A DNA stretch of 28,097 nucleotides from Desulfobacterales bacterium. Its GTDB lineage: Bacteria > Desulfobacterota > Desulfobacteria > Desulfobacterales > UBA5616. Under the pieces are notes generated by a model. That model made no database searches and was not told the DNA's origin. It saw nothing but the letters and a program-made list of their open reading frames with translations. The stretch is from assembly GCA_046483495.1 (NCBI GenBank), contig JAWODC010000024.1, positions 1 through 28,097 of the forward strand. The letters are read 5' to 3'. Positions 1 to 8,354 of the stretch are shown one piece after another. A program made the position numbers and the translations under genes. Positions within the stretch are counted from its first letter, which is position 1; every line of letters starts with the position of its first letter.

Positions 1-80
1 AAGGGCATATCTTCTTTAAACATTGCCATAGATATATTCTCCAGGCATTGTTTCCCTTGGTGTGGCCTTTCATAGTTATA
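1..80 (-). mobile_element. Remnant of an IS481-type (integrase-core) transposase, C-terminal part; runs off the window edge
   Basis: Minus strand 80->3 translates to YNYERPHQGKQCLENISMAMFKEDMP. This resembles the YN-x-x-R-P/T-H-Q-G-K-x-C C-terminal motif of IS481-family transposases. Similarity is lost upstream of ~81. Confidence 0.55.
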
Positions 81-81
81 G

Positions 82-297
82 CTTTCAGGTTTTATAGGTA
101 CAAGTAGAATTCTAAAAGAACATCTAATCGAAAAACAGAACTTTCATAATATTAATGGAAATCCAATGCGCTTTAGATACAATGAAAAAGGAATAGTATT
201 GGATCAAAAATGGAAGAAAATATTAACAGCAAGTGAACTTAGAGCCTTTGACAAAATTGGAGGGTCTTTAAACAGAAGATTAGGTTACGCCGATTGA
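82..297 (+). pseudogene. 3' fragment of a sulfotransferase-family gene (5' part lost)
   Basis: Frame +1 reads LSGFIG...HNINGNPMRFRY...LDQKWKKILTASELRAFDKIGGSLNRRLGYAD*, like bacterial sulfotransferase C-termini (FlG, H..gGNPmRf, W...L, LGY). In-frame stops at 73-75 and 79-81 lie directly upstream, and the segment is AT-rich. Confidence 0.55.
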
Positions 298-350
298 AAT
301 TTCTTTCTGCCTTCAGCAGGTAAGAACTCAAACAAAGGAGTACGTGTTAC

Positions 351-2024
351 ATGTATCTTTCATATTACAATCTCAAAAGAGAGCCTTTCAGCATCAGCAC
401 GGACCCGGAGTTTCTCTGGCTGGGAGAAAAGCACAAAGAGGCGCTTTCCGCATTGAAGTACGGCATTCTGGCCAACAAGGGATTCCTCATGCTTACCGGC
501 GATGTGGGAACCGGTAAAACCACCTTGATCAACGCATTGTTGAGGAGTCTGGGCGACGGCGTGCGAGTGGCTGCCGTGCATGATCCCGGTTTGGAAAAAC
601 TTGATTTTTTAAATTATATTGCCGGTTCCTTCAGGATTAAAAGAACCTTTGCAAGCAAGGGTGAGTTCGTTTCGTATTTTTCTCTTTTTCTGAGGCAGCA
701 TCACGAAAAGAACAAACAAGTGCTGCTCATCATCGATGAGGCCCAGCGGTTGAGTGACGATATGCTGGAAGAAATACGCCTCCTTTCCAACCTGGAAAGG
801 TCCTATACGAAGCTGATCAATATTTTCTTTGTGGGACAGAATGAATTCAATGACATATTAATGAAAAAAGAAAACAGGGCCCTGCGGCAGAGAATCACAC
901 TGATTCACACGCTGAACCCGCTGGATATCAGGGAGACCCAAAAATATATTCAATACAGGCTCATGATTGCCGGTGCATCCGACGATATATTTACATTGCC
1001 GGCTGTAAAAGAAACATATTTATTTTCCGGTGGATATCCCCGTTTGATCAACATAATTTGCGATCTTGCCCTGTTGACGGGGTACGTAAAAGAAAAAAAG
1101 ACGATCGACCCTCAAATTATCAAGGAGTGCGCCAAAGAACTTAGAATTCCGATTAAAAGTTATGAAAAGCAACAACCGAATCCTTCCACGCCGTTGCCCG
1201 AACCCAAACGCCGACCAACGGCAAAAAGAAAAAGCCGGTTCGTATGGGCTTCCGCCTTTCTGATATTCGTGTTTCTCGTTTCAGCATCCGCTTTTTATTA
1301 TCATTTTGGAGGGCATTCATCAGCATTTTCATTGGAAAAATACTGGCATCGGCTTATAGATGGGCGACTGCCGATTCAATCCGATATTATACCGAAGCAG
1401 GTGCCGGTTCCTGTGCAGGAAAAACAATTGGATACATCGCAAAAGTCAAACGATGAAACCGCCCGGCAGATAAAGGCTGGCGTTGAACCGCCTCCCGCAC
1501 CCGAAGAAACTGTTGACCCCCTGCCGGAGTTTACCTCAGAGGAAGAATTCCAACCCGAACCGCGAGTATTGGCGGATAAAACCGGGATAACGCCCGTTAC
1601 CGAACCGCCGGTTCAGGAGTTCAATGAACCCATCGACATCGAACCCGAATCCGACTACATAGAAGATGTCTTCTTAAACAAAAAGTTCAATGTTTATTTT
1701 GAACATGACTCCTATGTCTTGACTCAACAGGCGACCGACAATCTGGACGGCATATTTTCATTGTGTTCCCAGAACCCGGGATTAAACCTCAGAATTAAAG
1801 GATTTACGGATAGTACGGGAAATTTTTACTACAATCTTTTGCTGTCCAATCGAAGAGCCTCTGCAATAGAAAACTATTTTTTGAAAAAAGGGATGGATCC
1901 GTCCAGGATCAGTTCATCGGGAATGGGTCCCGATGTTGAGACCGGTGACTGGGGAAGAGGAAGATCGAATCAATTGGGCCGGCGTGTTGAAATCGAACTG
2001 ACCAAGGGAATCCGCATACAATAA
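351..2024 (+). CDS. ExeA/GspA-family AAA ATPase with TM helix, Pro/Glu-rich linker and C-terminal OmpA-like peptidoglycan-binding domain
   Basis: N-terminus MYLSYYNLKREPFSISTDPEFL, Walker A GDVGTGKT, Walker B LIIDEAQ and SGGYPRLINIICD. Hydrophobic FVWASAFLIFVFLVSASAFYY. C-terminal GFTDSTG...N..LS.RRA...RRVEI OmpA motif. SD AAGGAG upstream. Confidence 0.9.
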   Translation: MYLSYYNLKREPFSISTDPEFLWLGEKHKEALSALKYGILANKGFLMLTGDVGTGKTTLINALLRSLGDGVRVAAVHDPGLEKLDFLNYIAGSFRIKRTFASKGEFVSYFSLFLRQHHEKNKQVLLIIDEAQRLSDDMLEEIRLLSNLERSYTKLINIFFVGQNEFNDILMKKENRALRQRITLIHTLNPLDIRETQKYIQYRLMIAGASDDIFTLPAVKETYLFSGGYPRLINIICDLALLTGYVKEKKTIDPQIIKECAKELRIPIKSYEKQQPNPSTPLPEPKRRPTAKRKSRFVWASAFLIFVFLVSASAFYYHFGGHSSAFSLEKYWHRLIDGRLPIQSDIIPKQVPVPVQEKQLDTSQKSNDETARQIKAGVEPPPAPEETVDPLPEFTSEEEFQPEPRVLADKTGITPVTEPPVQEFNEPIDIEPESDYIEDVFLNKKFNVYFEHDSYVLTQQATDNLDGIFSLCSQNPGLNLRIKGFTDSTGNFYYNLLLSNRRASAIENYFLKKGMDPSRISSSGMGPDVETGDWGRGRSNQLGRRVEIELTKGIRIQ

Positions 2025-2076
2025 ATGGATACAACAATGCAATCGCATACAAATATATCCACAGGTTGTGAACAGG

Positions 2077-3483
2077 TCAATTTACGACATGCCGCCAAGA
2101 GGTCATTTTTATATCGTCTGTTACGTACTCGTCTCTTATGGCGACATCATAATACACGTTCAAGCCTTTGCGCATCACGATTTCGCCGGCCCAGACCGCA
2201 CCGAAAAGGGTGGTGTTGGCCTTGAAGTCCACCTTGGCAAACGGCGCGTATATTACTCCGGTAAAGTCGCTGCCGTTGTGTATCACCAGACGGGCGTCCG
2301 AATCCGTCATGAGAATGAAATCCGTTGGGAATCCATTCGGATTGATGTCGGTGGACTGCTGCAAATGGACGATGGCATGACCCGGCGCCAATCCGTCCGG
2401 GGGCGCAGTGATATAGAGCGATACTTTGTGCGTGTCCCCTGATGTGGGTTGAAGGATATTGATAACGGAATCGTTTTGAGTCCCGAGTTGCCCTTGCAAA
2501 TAGATATTCACCGGCCCGCCCTTAACATCGATCGTAAACGTTTGATCATTTCCCAGCACGATGCTTGTAAAATAGTAATCCGCCCCTTCCGGCTTCCCAA
2601 AAAGCATCACGTCTCCCGATTCTTTGTCAACGGTTGGATTCAGGATAAAATCCCGGCTCGAGGATGATATAGCCAGGTGATTGTCATTTTTCGATATCCT
2701 TTCATAAAGGGCAAACGTATCCTGAAAACCTTTACCGCCGATCTTCAAAGGATCGGGATCGATATGCTCCACCTCGATTATCCCGCTGTTTATCGCCCTC
2801 CCCCCGGCATCATCCAATTCAGCTCGTATACCTCTGCGGCTGCCGAGCGCGACCTCCCCGTCCAAGACGGCATGATTCGTCAACAGAATATCATCAGATG
2901 ATGAATCGCCGTCGCCGTTGGATGCAATGTCCCCTTCACCGGACGTTGCAAAATCCGGATCTTCAGGCTGCAACCCCCTCCTGTGGTCATAACTGAAGAC
3001 ACTTGCAAAACCGGAGGACCCGCCCCCCCTGACATCCAGTATTTTATCACCAAACACGGCATACGCAATGCCGGATCCCCTTTTAAACACGACATCGATT
3101 TCCGCAACCGCCCCTTGAGGGCCCGATCCCGTACTCGTAAATGCAAATGCGTTGGCACCTATTTTCGTCACCGGCGACAGCTGAAAAGAATAGCCTTCAG
3201 GGTAAGAAAACGGCATCTTTTCGGCATTCGCCCTTCCCATTTCAACCGGCAGCGCGAAGGTGCCGGATGTCAAACCTTGCTGAATCATCCCCATTCCGAA
3301 TTGTACCCCGGATTCCGCCTGATTGAAGGCCTCTATGGAATACGCATGATTTGCGCTGATTTTCACATCCGTAGTCGATATGTGATACGCCGAAGTGCCG
3401 AGTATCGACACCAATGCCAGGAACAGGATGCCGGTTATCAGAACGGCGGCGTCCTGGTTTCTAATTCGTTTTCCCCATGGCAT
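2077..3483 (-). CDS. PilX-like minor pilin N-terminus fused to a large (~330 aa) C-terminal extracellular domain
   Basis: N-terminus NQDAAVLITGILFLALVSILG...ISAN.....AFNQAESG is the PilX N-terminal pattern (no Glu5). It is the last gene of the pilin cluster. The C-terminus has beta-rich G(V/A)(I/V)YAP / GAVWA motifs. Confidence 0.8.
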   Translation of the reverse strand: MPWGKRIRNQDAAVLITGILFLALVSILGTSAYHISTTDVKISANHAYSIEAFNQAESGVQFGMGMIQQGLTSGTFALPVEMGRANAEKMPFSYPEGYSFQLSPVTKIGANAFAFTSTGSGPQGAVAEIDVVFKRGSGIAYAVFGDKILDVRGGGSSGFASVFSYDHRRGLQPEDPDFATSGEGDIASNGDGDSSSDDILLTNHAVLDGEVALGSRRGIRAELDDAGGRAINSGIIEVEHIDPDPLKIGGKGFQDTFALYERISKNDNHLAISSSSRDFILNPTVDKESGDVMLFGKPEGADYYFTSIVLGNDQTFTIDVKGGPVNIYLQGQLGTQNDSVINILQPTSGDTHKVSLYITAPPDGLAPGHAIVHLQQSTDINPNGFPTDFILMTDSDARLVIHNGSDFTGVIYAPFAKVDFKANTTLFGAVWAGEIVMRKGLNVYYDVAIRDEYVTDDIKMTSWRHVVN

Positions 3484-3544
3484 GATGTCGAGCCTCTCTA
3501 AGCGTCAGCCCGCCCCCTCTCCTGTGCCGGGCACGCTCTTTTTT

Positions 3545-4210
3545 TCAGTACCGCGCCTTTTCCAACCCCATGTTTCGCATTTCAACGACGGTTGCGAGCC
3601 GTTCGATTTCAGGGCCACCCCAACCTGCCCGTCCTTTTGCTTCCACTTCCAGGACAAGTTCAACCTGATGAATTTCGGAAGAATTCGTCACATTTCTATT
3701 CCCTTCCCCATCGATATAACGGATTTGAAACCGATGTATATTTTCGGCAAACGGTTGAAAATATCCGGCTTTCGATTTTCGTTTGAGCACATTACCCTTC
3801 AGTTTGTATACGATCCGCTCGTTGGCGCCGTCATCATACACCCAGGCATTCGGATCGGTCGGATCCGCTGAATCGTCTTTGACAATCGACCCGTCTCCAT
3901 CGAGATCCGCGCGAATCTCCAGTTGATCGGCATGATAAACGATCCCCGTGTAATTGGATTTCGCGTCATTCGTCCGCTGTAATTTGCCAAGCGGGTCATA
4001 ACCCGCCATCATGACCTCCCGGGAAATCACATCTAAGGCCGCCCTTGCCGTTTGGATCATTTCGACGCGTTGATACTGTCGGCGATATCCTTTACGCTGT
4101 GCCGTCAGCGTCATCGATATGGCGGCAAGGATGATCAATCCGATAGCCATCGCCATCACGACTTCCAGCATCGAAAACCCTTTTTCCCCGGTTTCGCACA
4201 GGTGCAGCAT
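3545..4210 (-). CDS. PilW-like minor type IV pilin
   Basis: Class III signal peptide EKG^FSMLEVVMAMAIGLIILAAI, then Q.AR.ALD.I.RE..MAGY typical of PilW. Start reassigned to ATG 4210, directly after the upstream gene's stop, rather than 4459. Confidence 0.85.
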   Translation of the reverse strand: MLHLCETGEKGFSMLEVVMAMAIGLIILAAISMTLTAQRKGYRRQYQRVEMIQTARAALDVISREVMMAGYDPLGKLQRTNDAKSNYTGIVYHADQLEIRADLDGDGSIVKDDSADPTDPNAWVYDDGANERIVYKLKGNVLKRKSKAGYFQPFAENIHRFQIRYIDGEGNRNVTNSSEIHQVELVLEVEAKGRAGWGGPEIERLATVVEMRNMGLEKARY

Positions 4211-4211
4211 T

Positions 4212-4634
4212 TTATTTCCCCGCGAGTATGATGTCGTGTTCGATGCAATGGGTTTTTCGACCGCCCCACCGAACCGTAACCGTTGCTCGATACATTCCGG
4301 GAAAGCCGGCAAGAGGGGCAAGCCTGGTGATGCGTGCAAATCGGGGAAAATCCGGTATCGTACCGTAATTCTCCGTTTCTTTCGACTTATGGATCTCCAG
4401 GCCCATGTAGGACAATCGCCTGAGCTCCTCGACCCGCGTTTTGGCCAAACAGCCGGCAATGAACATGTCCTCGCTGATGTTATCCGCTTTTATGGCACCG
4501 GTCAGCAGGCCTGCCATTCCGAGTAGCCCTAAACTGAGAACCAGCATGGCGATCAAAACCTCAACCAGCGAAAAACCCGATCGTCCTGTTGATTCCAACC
4601 TGTACGCCCGATCCAACCCATCTTTTTCGTACAT
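4212..4634 (-). CDS. PilV-like minor type IV pilin
   Basis: RSG^FSLVEVLIAMLVLSLGLLGMAGL prepilin motif, A..LA..R.EELR, and V.V.W near the C-terminus. Confidence 0.88.
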   Translation of the reverse strand: MYEKDGLDRAYRLESTGRSGFSLVEVLIAMLVLSLGLLGMAGLLTGAIKADNISEDMFIAGCLAKTRVEELRRLSYMGLEIHKSKETENYGTIPDFPRFARITRLAPLAGFPGMYRATVTVRWGGRKTHCIEHDIILAGK

Positions 4635-4651
4635 GTCGCCTGCCCTTATGA

Positions 4652-5152
4652 TCAGCGGATTTGAATGCGTCCCGCAATGTTCACTACAATCCGTTTTGTC
4701 CCTTCGCCATTCGATAGGACAAAGGTGCAGAAAGGCCCCCCCGTCCCTCGCGGTGTAAACCCGATTTTACTGCCGGTGGACGCTTCACCGTCATATTCGA
4801 CATCGGGATAGTCGGGATGCAAATCCTTGGTGTGCACTTCTGTCGGCTCCTGCTTTTTGTCCCTGTCCGCATCGACCCAGATGCGGTATTCATGGTGATT
4901 GCAAAATGATACACAAGCCTTGCAATTCTGCTTAACTGCAGCCATTCTTGCTGCTGCCAGTTCACCGGCGATCACCCGGGCCGCACCACCCAGGCGGGCT
5001 TTGGGCAGGTATTTCAGAAAGTTCGGAATTGCAACGGCAGCCATGATGAGGATCATCGACAGGACAACAACGAGTTCAGTGATCGTAAATCCCGGATTCT
5101 CTTTTGCGCTTTTTTCCAGCCGACCAGTGCATACCGCACGCGATGTTTTCAT
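4652..5152 (-). CDS. FimT/FimU (GspH-like) minor pilin
   Basis: NPG^FTITELVVVLSMILIMAAVAIPNF, L..AR..AVK, F.PRG and C-terminal V...GR motifs. Confidence 0.88.
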   Translation of the reverse strand: MKTSRAVCTGRLEKSAKENPGFTITELVVVLSMILIMAAVAIPNFLKYLPKARLGGAARVIAGELAAARMAAVKQNCKACVSFCNHHEYRIWVDADRDKKQEPTEVHTKDLHPDYPDVEYDGEASTGSKIGFTPRGTGGPFCTFVLSNGEGTKRIVVNIAGRIQIR

Positions 5153-5208
5153 TTGTATAAATCTTCACACTACTGTTATTTATTATTATTTATAACGTAT
5201 TTTGTACG

Positions 5209-5237
5209 TTTATATTATAAAAATAGTTTAGTTTCAA
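5209..5237 (-). promoter_or_regulatory. Putative sigma70 promoter of the pilin cluster
   Basis: Minus strand TTGAAA (5237-5232)-N17-TATAAA (5214-5209), in a very AT-rich tract with an A-tract upstream. Confidence 0.45.
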
Positions 5238-5555
5238 GCGTATATTTATTTTTTTTTGAGACAGACTTTTCTCCATCCGGATTATAAAAACGCCTGGATT
5301 CTCCAATTTTGCCTGCCTCTGTGCCTGGGCCGACGTGTCGAAAACGAATCCGATTGGTTTTAAGTTGTTGAAATCATGTTTGAAAAAAAGAAGTGAAATT
5401 GGAAAACCGCCAATGTGAGGCATGCAGATGAAAAGGAATGGTTTCAGGCAATCGGGGCTGATTAGAGAAGCAGTGGAATCACACTGCGAAAGGATAGCGT
5501 CTGGGGAATGTCAAACCGGCGAAAGCGATACGACAGCCGGAAGTATGCCGTTTTT

Positions 5556-6221
5556 TTAAACACCGGAAGCGGTGACGGAAGTATACCCTTTACGGACGGC
5601 ATATTTGACGAGATCCGCACTATGCTTGAAATCCAGCTTCCGCATGAGATTAGCCCGATGGTTTTCCACCGTTCTCCTGCTGATATAGAGCATCCGGGAA
5701 ATTTCAATATTTGTCTTGCCTTCTGAAATCAGCTTGACGATCTGCTTTTCTCTCATGGTCAGTACATCTTTACCAAACGGCCGGTCACCATGGTAAAAGT
5801 GCCGCAAATCACCGCTCAATTCGGCCGCGAACTGCGGCGAAATAAATGTCTTCCCCTTTTTCAACGCATCGATGGCCGCAGCCAGAACCGTATCGGCATC
5901 CTGCTTGATTAGAAATCCATCGGCTCCGGCCATAAAAGCTTTATAGAGGAATTCTTTGTCATTGTGCATGGTGAGAACCAGTACCTGTACAGCGGGATGG
6001 GATGACTTGATTTCATTTGTCGCTTCGATACCCCGGATGTTGGGCATTGAAATATCCACGATTACCAGATCGGGGGTCGTCTTTTTCAAGGCGTTTAAAA
6101 GCGCCAGGCCGTCATGGACGACACCGACGACCTCGACGCCGGGGATGGCCTCAAGTATCCGCCTAAGGCCCCCGCAAAACAATAAATGATCGTCTGCGAT
6201 AATCACGCGGTAAAACGGCAT
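5556..6221 (-). CDS. NarL/FixJ (LuxR-HTH) family response regulator
   Basis: Receiver IADDH...VDISMP...GADGFLIK and C-terminal HTH LTMREKQIVKLISEGKTNIEIS..L.IS.RTVENHRANLMRKL. The start overlaps the kinase stop (TAATG). Confidence 0.95.
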   Translation of the reverse strand: MPFYRVIIADDHLLFCGGLRRILEAIPGVEVVGVVHDGLALLNALKKTTPDLVIVDISMPNIRGIEATNEIKSSHPAVQVLVLTMHNDKEFLYKAFMAGADGFLIKQDADTVLAAAIDALKKGKTFISPQFAAELSGDLRHFYHGDRPFGKDVLTMREKQIVKLISEGKTNIEISRMLYISRRTVENHRANLMRKLDFKHSADLVKYAVRKGYTSVTASGV

Positions 6222-6961
6222 TACATTTTTCCTTTCATTTTCACGGGTATCGAGATCGTTACGGTGGTTCCGTTTTTCTTTGAACTGTCGACTTCAAGTG
6301 CGCCTCCCAGAAGATCCGCCCGCTGCCTGGCGATGCACATGCCCAGTCCATCGAGACGATCAGGTCTTGGCATGACTGCGCCCGCATCGAATCCTGAACC
6401 GTCATCCGATACGCAAATCCGTAGAATCCCGTTCATGCAGAACGCCTGTATATCCACCCGTGATGCACCGGCGTGTTTGGCGATATTGGTCAGCAATTCC
6501 TGGACAATGCGATAAACGAGAACATGTTTTTCGGCTTCGATGATGTGTTCCGTCTCTCCCATATCCATGGTGTACCGATACCCACCGAAACGGGCGAAAT
6601 TTTCCACCAGTTGATGCAGCGCCGCCTTCAGCCCGAGCTCGCGAAGAACCGATGGGCTCAAGTCTCGCGCAAGACTTCTTATATGTTCGATAATCATGTC
6701 TGATAGTGACAGGATATCTTTGATACCCCGGCGGATTTCTGAATTCTTTTCTCCGGGCAGCTGTTTTATCAGATTACGTATGCCGAATTTCAGCACCGCC
6801 ATGTCCTGCCCTAATTGATCGTGCAGTTCTTCCGCAATGCGTGCCCGTTCGGTCTCCTGGATTTTGATCAATTCTTTGGAAAGATCATAGAGCTCTCCGC
6901 CTGCTGTCGGCAGTACATTTTTCATGGTATTTCGCTGATAAACGGCCGTTAAAGAATCCAT
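6221..6961 (-). CDS. HisKA_3 / HATPase histidine kinase with no recognisable sensor domain
   Basis: H-box QETERARIAEELHDQLGQ, N-box YRIVQELLTNIAKHA, G1 DDGSGFD, G2 GLGM. Only ~35 aa precede the H-box helix. Alternative start at 6925. Confidence 0.92.
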   Translation of the reverse strand: MDSLTAVYQRNTMKNVLPTAGGELYDLSKELIKIQETERARIAEELHDQLGQDMAVLKFGIRNLIKQLPGEKNSEIRRGIKDILSLSDMIIEHIRSLARDLSPSVLRELGLKAALHQLVENFARFGGYRYTMDMGETEHIIEAEKHVLVYRIVQELLTNIAKHAGASRVDIQAFCMNGILRICVSDDGSGFDAGAVMPRPDRLDGLGMCIARQRADLLGGALEVDSSKKNGTTVTISIPVKMKGKM

Positions 6962-7072
6962 AATCCGGTTTCCGCCTTTGATCTTGAAGTAAAATAGTTG
7001 TTTTTGTAACAGCCGGCAGGATAGCCGTATGTTTCACTGAACGGCGACCTGATTCATTCTCAGTTTTTCGGC

Positions 7073-7089
7073 AGCAAATTTTATGCCGA
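7073..7089 (-). promoter_or_regulatory. Putative sigma54 (-24/-12) promoter for the kinase-regulator pair
   Basis: Minus strand TCGGCATAAAATTTGCT has exact GG-N10-GC spacing and is close to the TGGCAC-N5-TTGC(A/T) consensus. It lies ~110 bp upstream of the kinase start. Confidence 0.65.
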
Positions 7090-7253
7090 ATGAGCGAAAA
7101 AGGCGGCAGATTAGGATGGTTAGTTGGTATTATTGGTTTTTTGTAGATGAATAACAGAGGGTTATGGGAGGCTTCATGAGAGGGGCAAAGAGAAAATGGG
7201 AGGCTTCGATAATCGAAATATTTCGAGACCGGGATATTAGGGGTAATTACCTT

Positions 7254-7395
7254 GTGTCCATCCAGAAATGGCTGATTCGCTCCATTTCGGCGTTGGCCGG
7301 TAAATTTTAATCCTCAAAATACTCAATGTATTCATGCGGTTAAAATTCCCGGCCGTCTTGAACGGAATCGAATTATCTCATTTCTGGATGGACAC
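7254..7395. mobile_element. 142-bp MITE/ERIC-like palindromic element, copy A (best preserved)
   Basis: Perfect 17-bp TIR GTGTCCATCCAGAAATG (7254-7270) / CATTTCTGGATGGACAC (7379-7395), TT/TA flanks and nested internal inverted repeats. Collinear with 26146-26287. Confidence 0.85.
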
Positions 7396-7532
7396 TACCT
7401 ATTAAAAAGATTTTAGGCGGTCTTAAAATATTTAATAGGTTGTTCCGGGGCTTGATGACAGAGCGGTTTGAGCCGGTCGTCTGTATCGGATGGCCCAAAC
7501 CGCTCCGCCTGAATATGAGAGTAGTCAATGAA

Positions 7533-8354
7533 TTACACCTGCGAACGGATATAATCGACGCCGTTTTTGAACATACGGATGCCCGGAGTCAAATCTTTCT
7601 CCGGCCGCTTCCCACTTCTTTCTGAAACGTCGCGCTGCCGGGTCCAATAGGGGTGGTTGGTAAAATGGTTGTAAGCTTCCGGATGGGGCATGAGCCCGAA
7701 TACACGGCCTGTCGGGTCGCAGATGCCGGCGATGTCGAAGACGGAACCGTTGGGATTTTCCGGGAACCGGCCGTTTGCCGGAGTACCGTCTGCAGTTGCG
7801 TATTGCAGCACCACCTGCTGCTGGGAAAAGAGCCGTTGAACGGTTTCATCACTTCCCACGAATTTACCTTCCCCATGCCTCGCGGGCAGTTCAAGAAAAG
7901 ACATGTGCCGCGTAAATACGCAGGGTGAAGAGGCATTCACTTTCAAGCCCACCCAGTCGTTTCGAAAATTGCCGATATCGTTTACGGTAAGCGCCACCGA
8001 CCGGCGCTGATAATCATGGTCGAATCCGGGCAGAAGTCCGATATTCACCAGGGTTTGGAAACCATTGCACACACCGAGAATAAGGTTCCCGTTTGCGATG
8101 AATTCCGACAACTGATCACCGAGATGGGTTTTCATTCGGACCGCCTGAATCACCCCGGCGCCGTGGTCATCACCCCAGCTGAATCCACCCACAAACACCA
8201 GGATCTGAAAATCCGCCAGCCGGATGGATGCGTCGATGAGGGAATTGATGTGTACGCGGGTGGCGGCAGACCCGGCAAGTTCAGCAGCATACGCGGTTTC
8301 ATGGTCGCAGTTCAATCCATATCCGGTAAGCACCAGGGTTCTGACCGTTTTCAT
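7533..8354 (-). CDS. purQ: Phosphoribosylformylglycinamidine synthase glutaminase subunit
   Basis: G.NCD.ET, GGFSWGD, GVCNGFQ (catalytic Cys), HGEGKF, NPNGS and GLMPHPE motifs. Overlaps the purL stop (ATGA). Confidence 0.96.
   Translation of the reverse strand: MKTVRTLVLTGYGLNCDHETAYAAELAGSAATRVHINSLIDASIRLADFQILVFVGGFSWGDDHGAGVIQAVRMKTHLGDQLSEFIANGNLILGVCNGFQTLVNIGLLPGFDHDYQRRSVALTVNDIGNFRNDWVGLKVNASSPCVFTRHMSFLELPARHGEGKFVGSDETVQRLFSQQQVVLQYATADGTPANGRFPENPNGSVFDIAGICDPTGRVFGLMPHPEAYNHFTNHPYWTRQRDVSERSGKRPEKDLTPGIRMFKNGVDYIRSQV

Noticed and set aside
4211..4459. N-terminal extension of the 304-aa PilW ORF
   Set aside because: Overlaps pilV out of frame; the prepilin motif places the start at 4210. 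The long starts given for cdsA, prmC, prfA, adk and rpsU were trimmed on similar grounds.
5190..5423. 77-aa ORF between the regulator and the pilin cluster
   Set aside because: AT-rich promoter region, no SD and no recognisable protein features.
7238..7252. Imperfect palindrome TAGGGGTAATTACCT, and TACCT on both sides of copy A as a possible 5-bp target duplication
   Set aside because: Other copies show no such duplication, and the palindrome cannot be assigned to a regulator from sequence alone.
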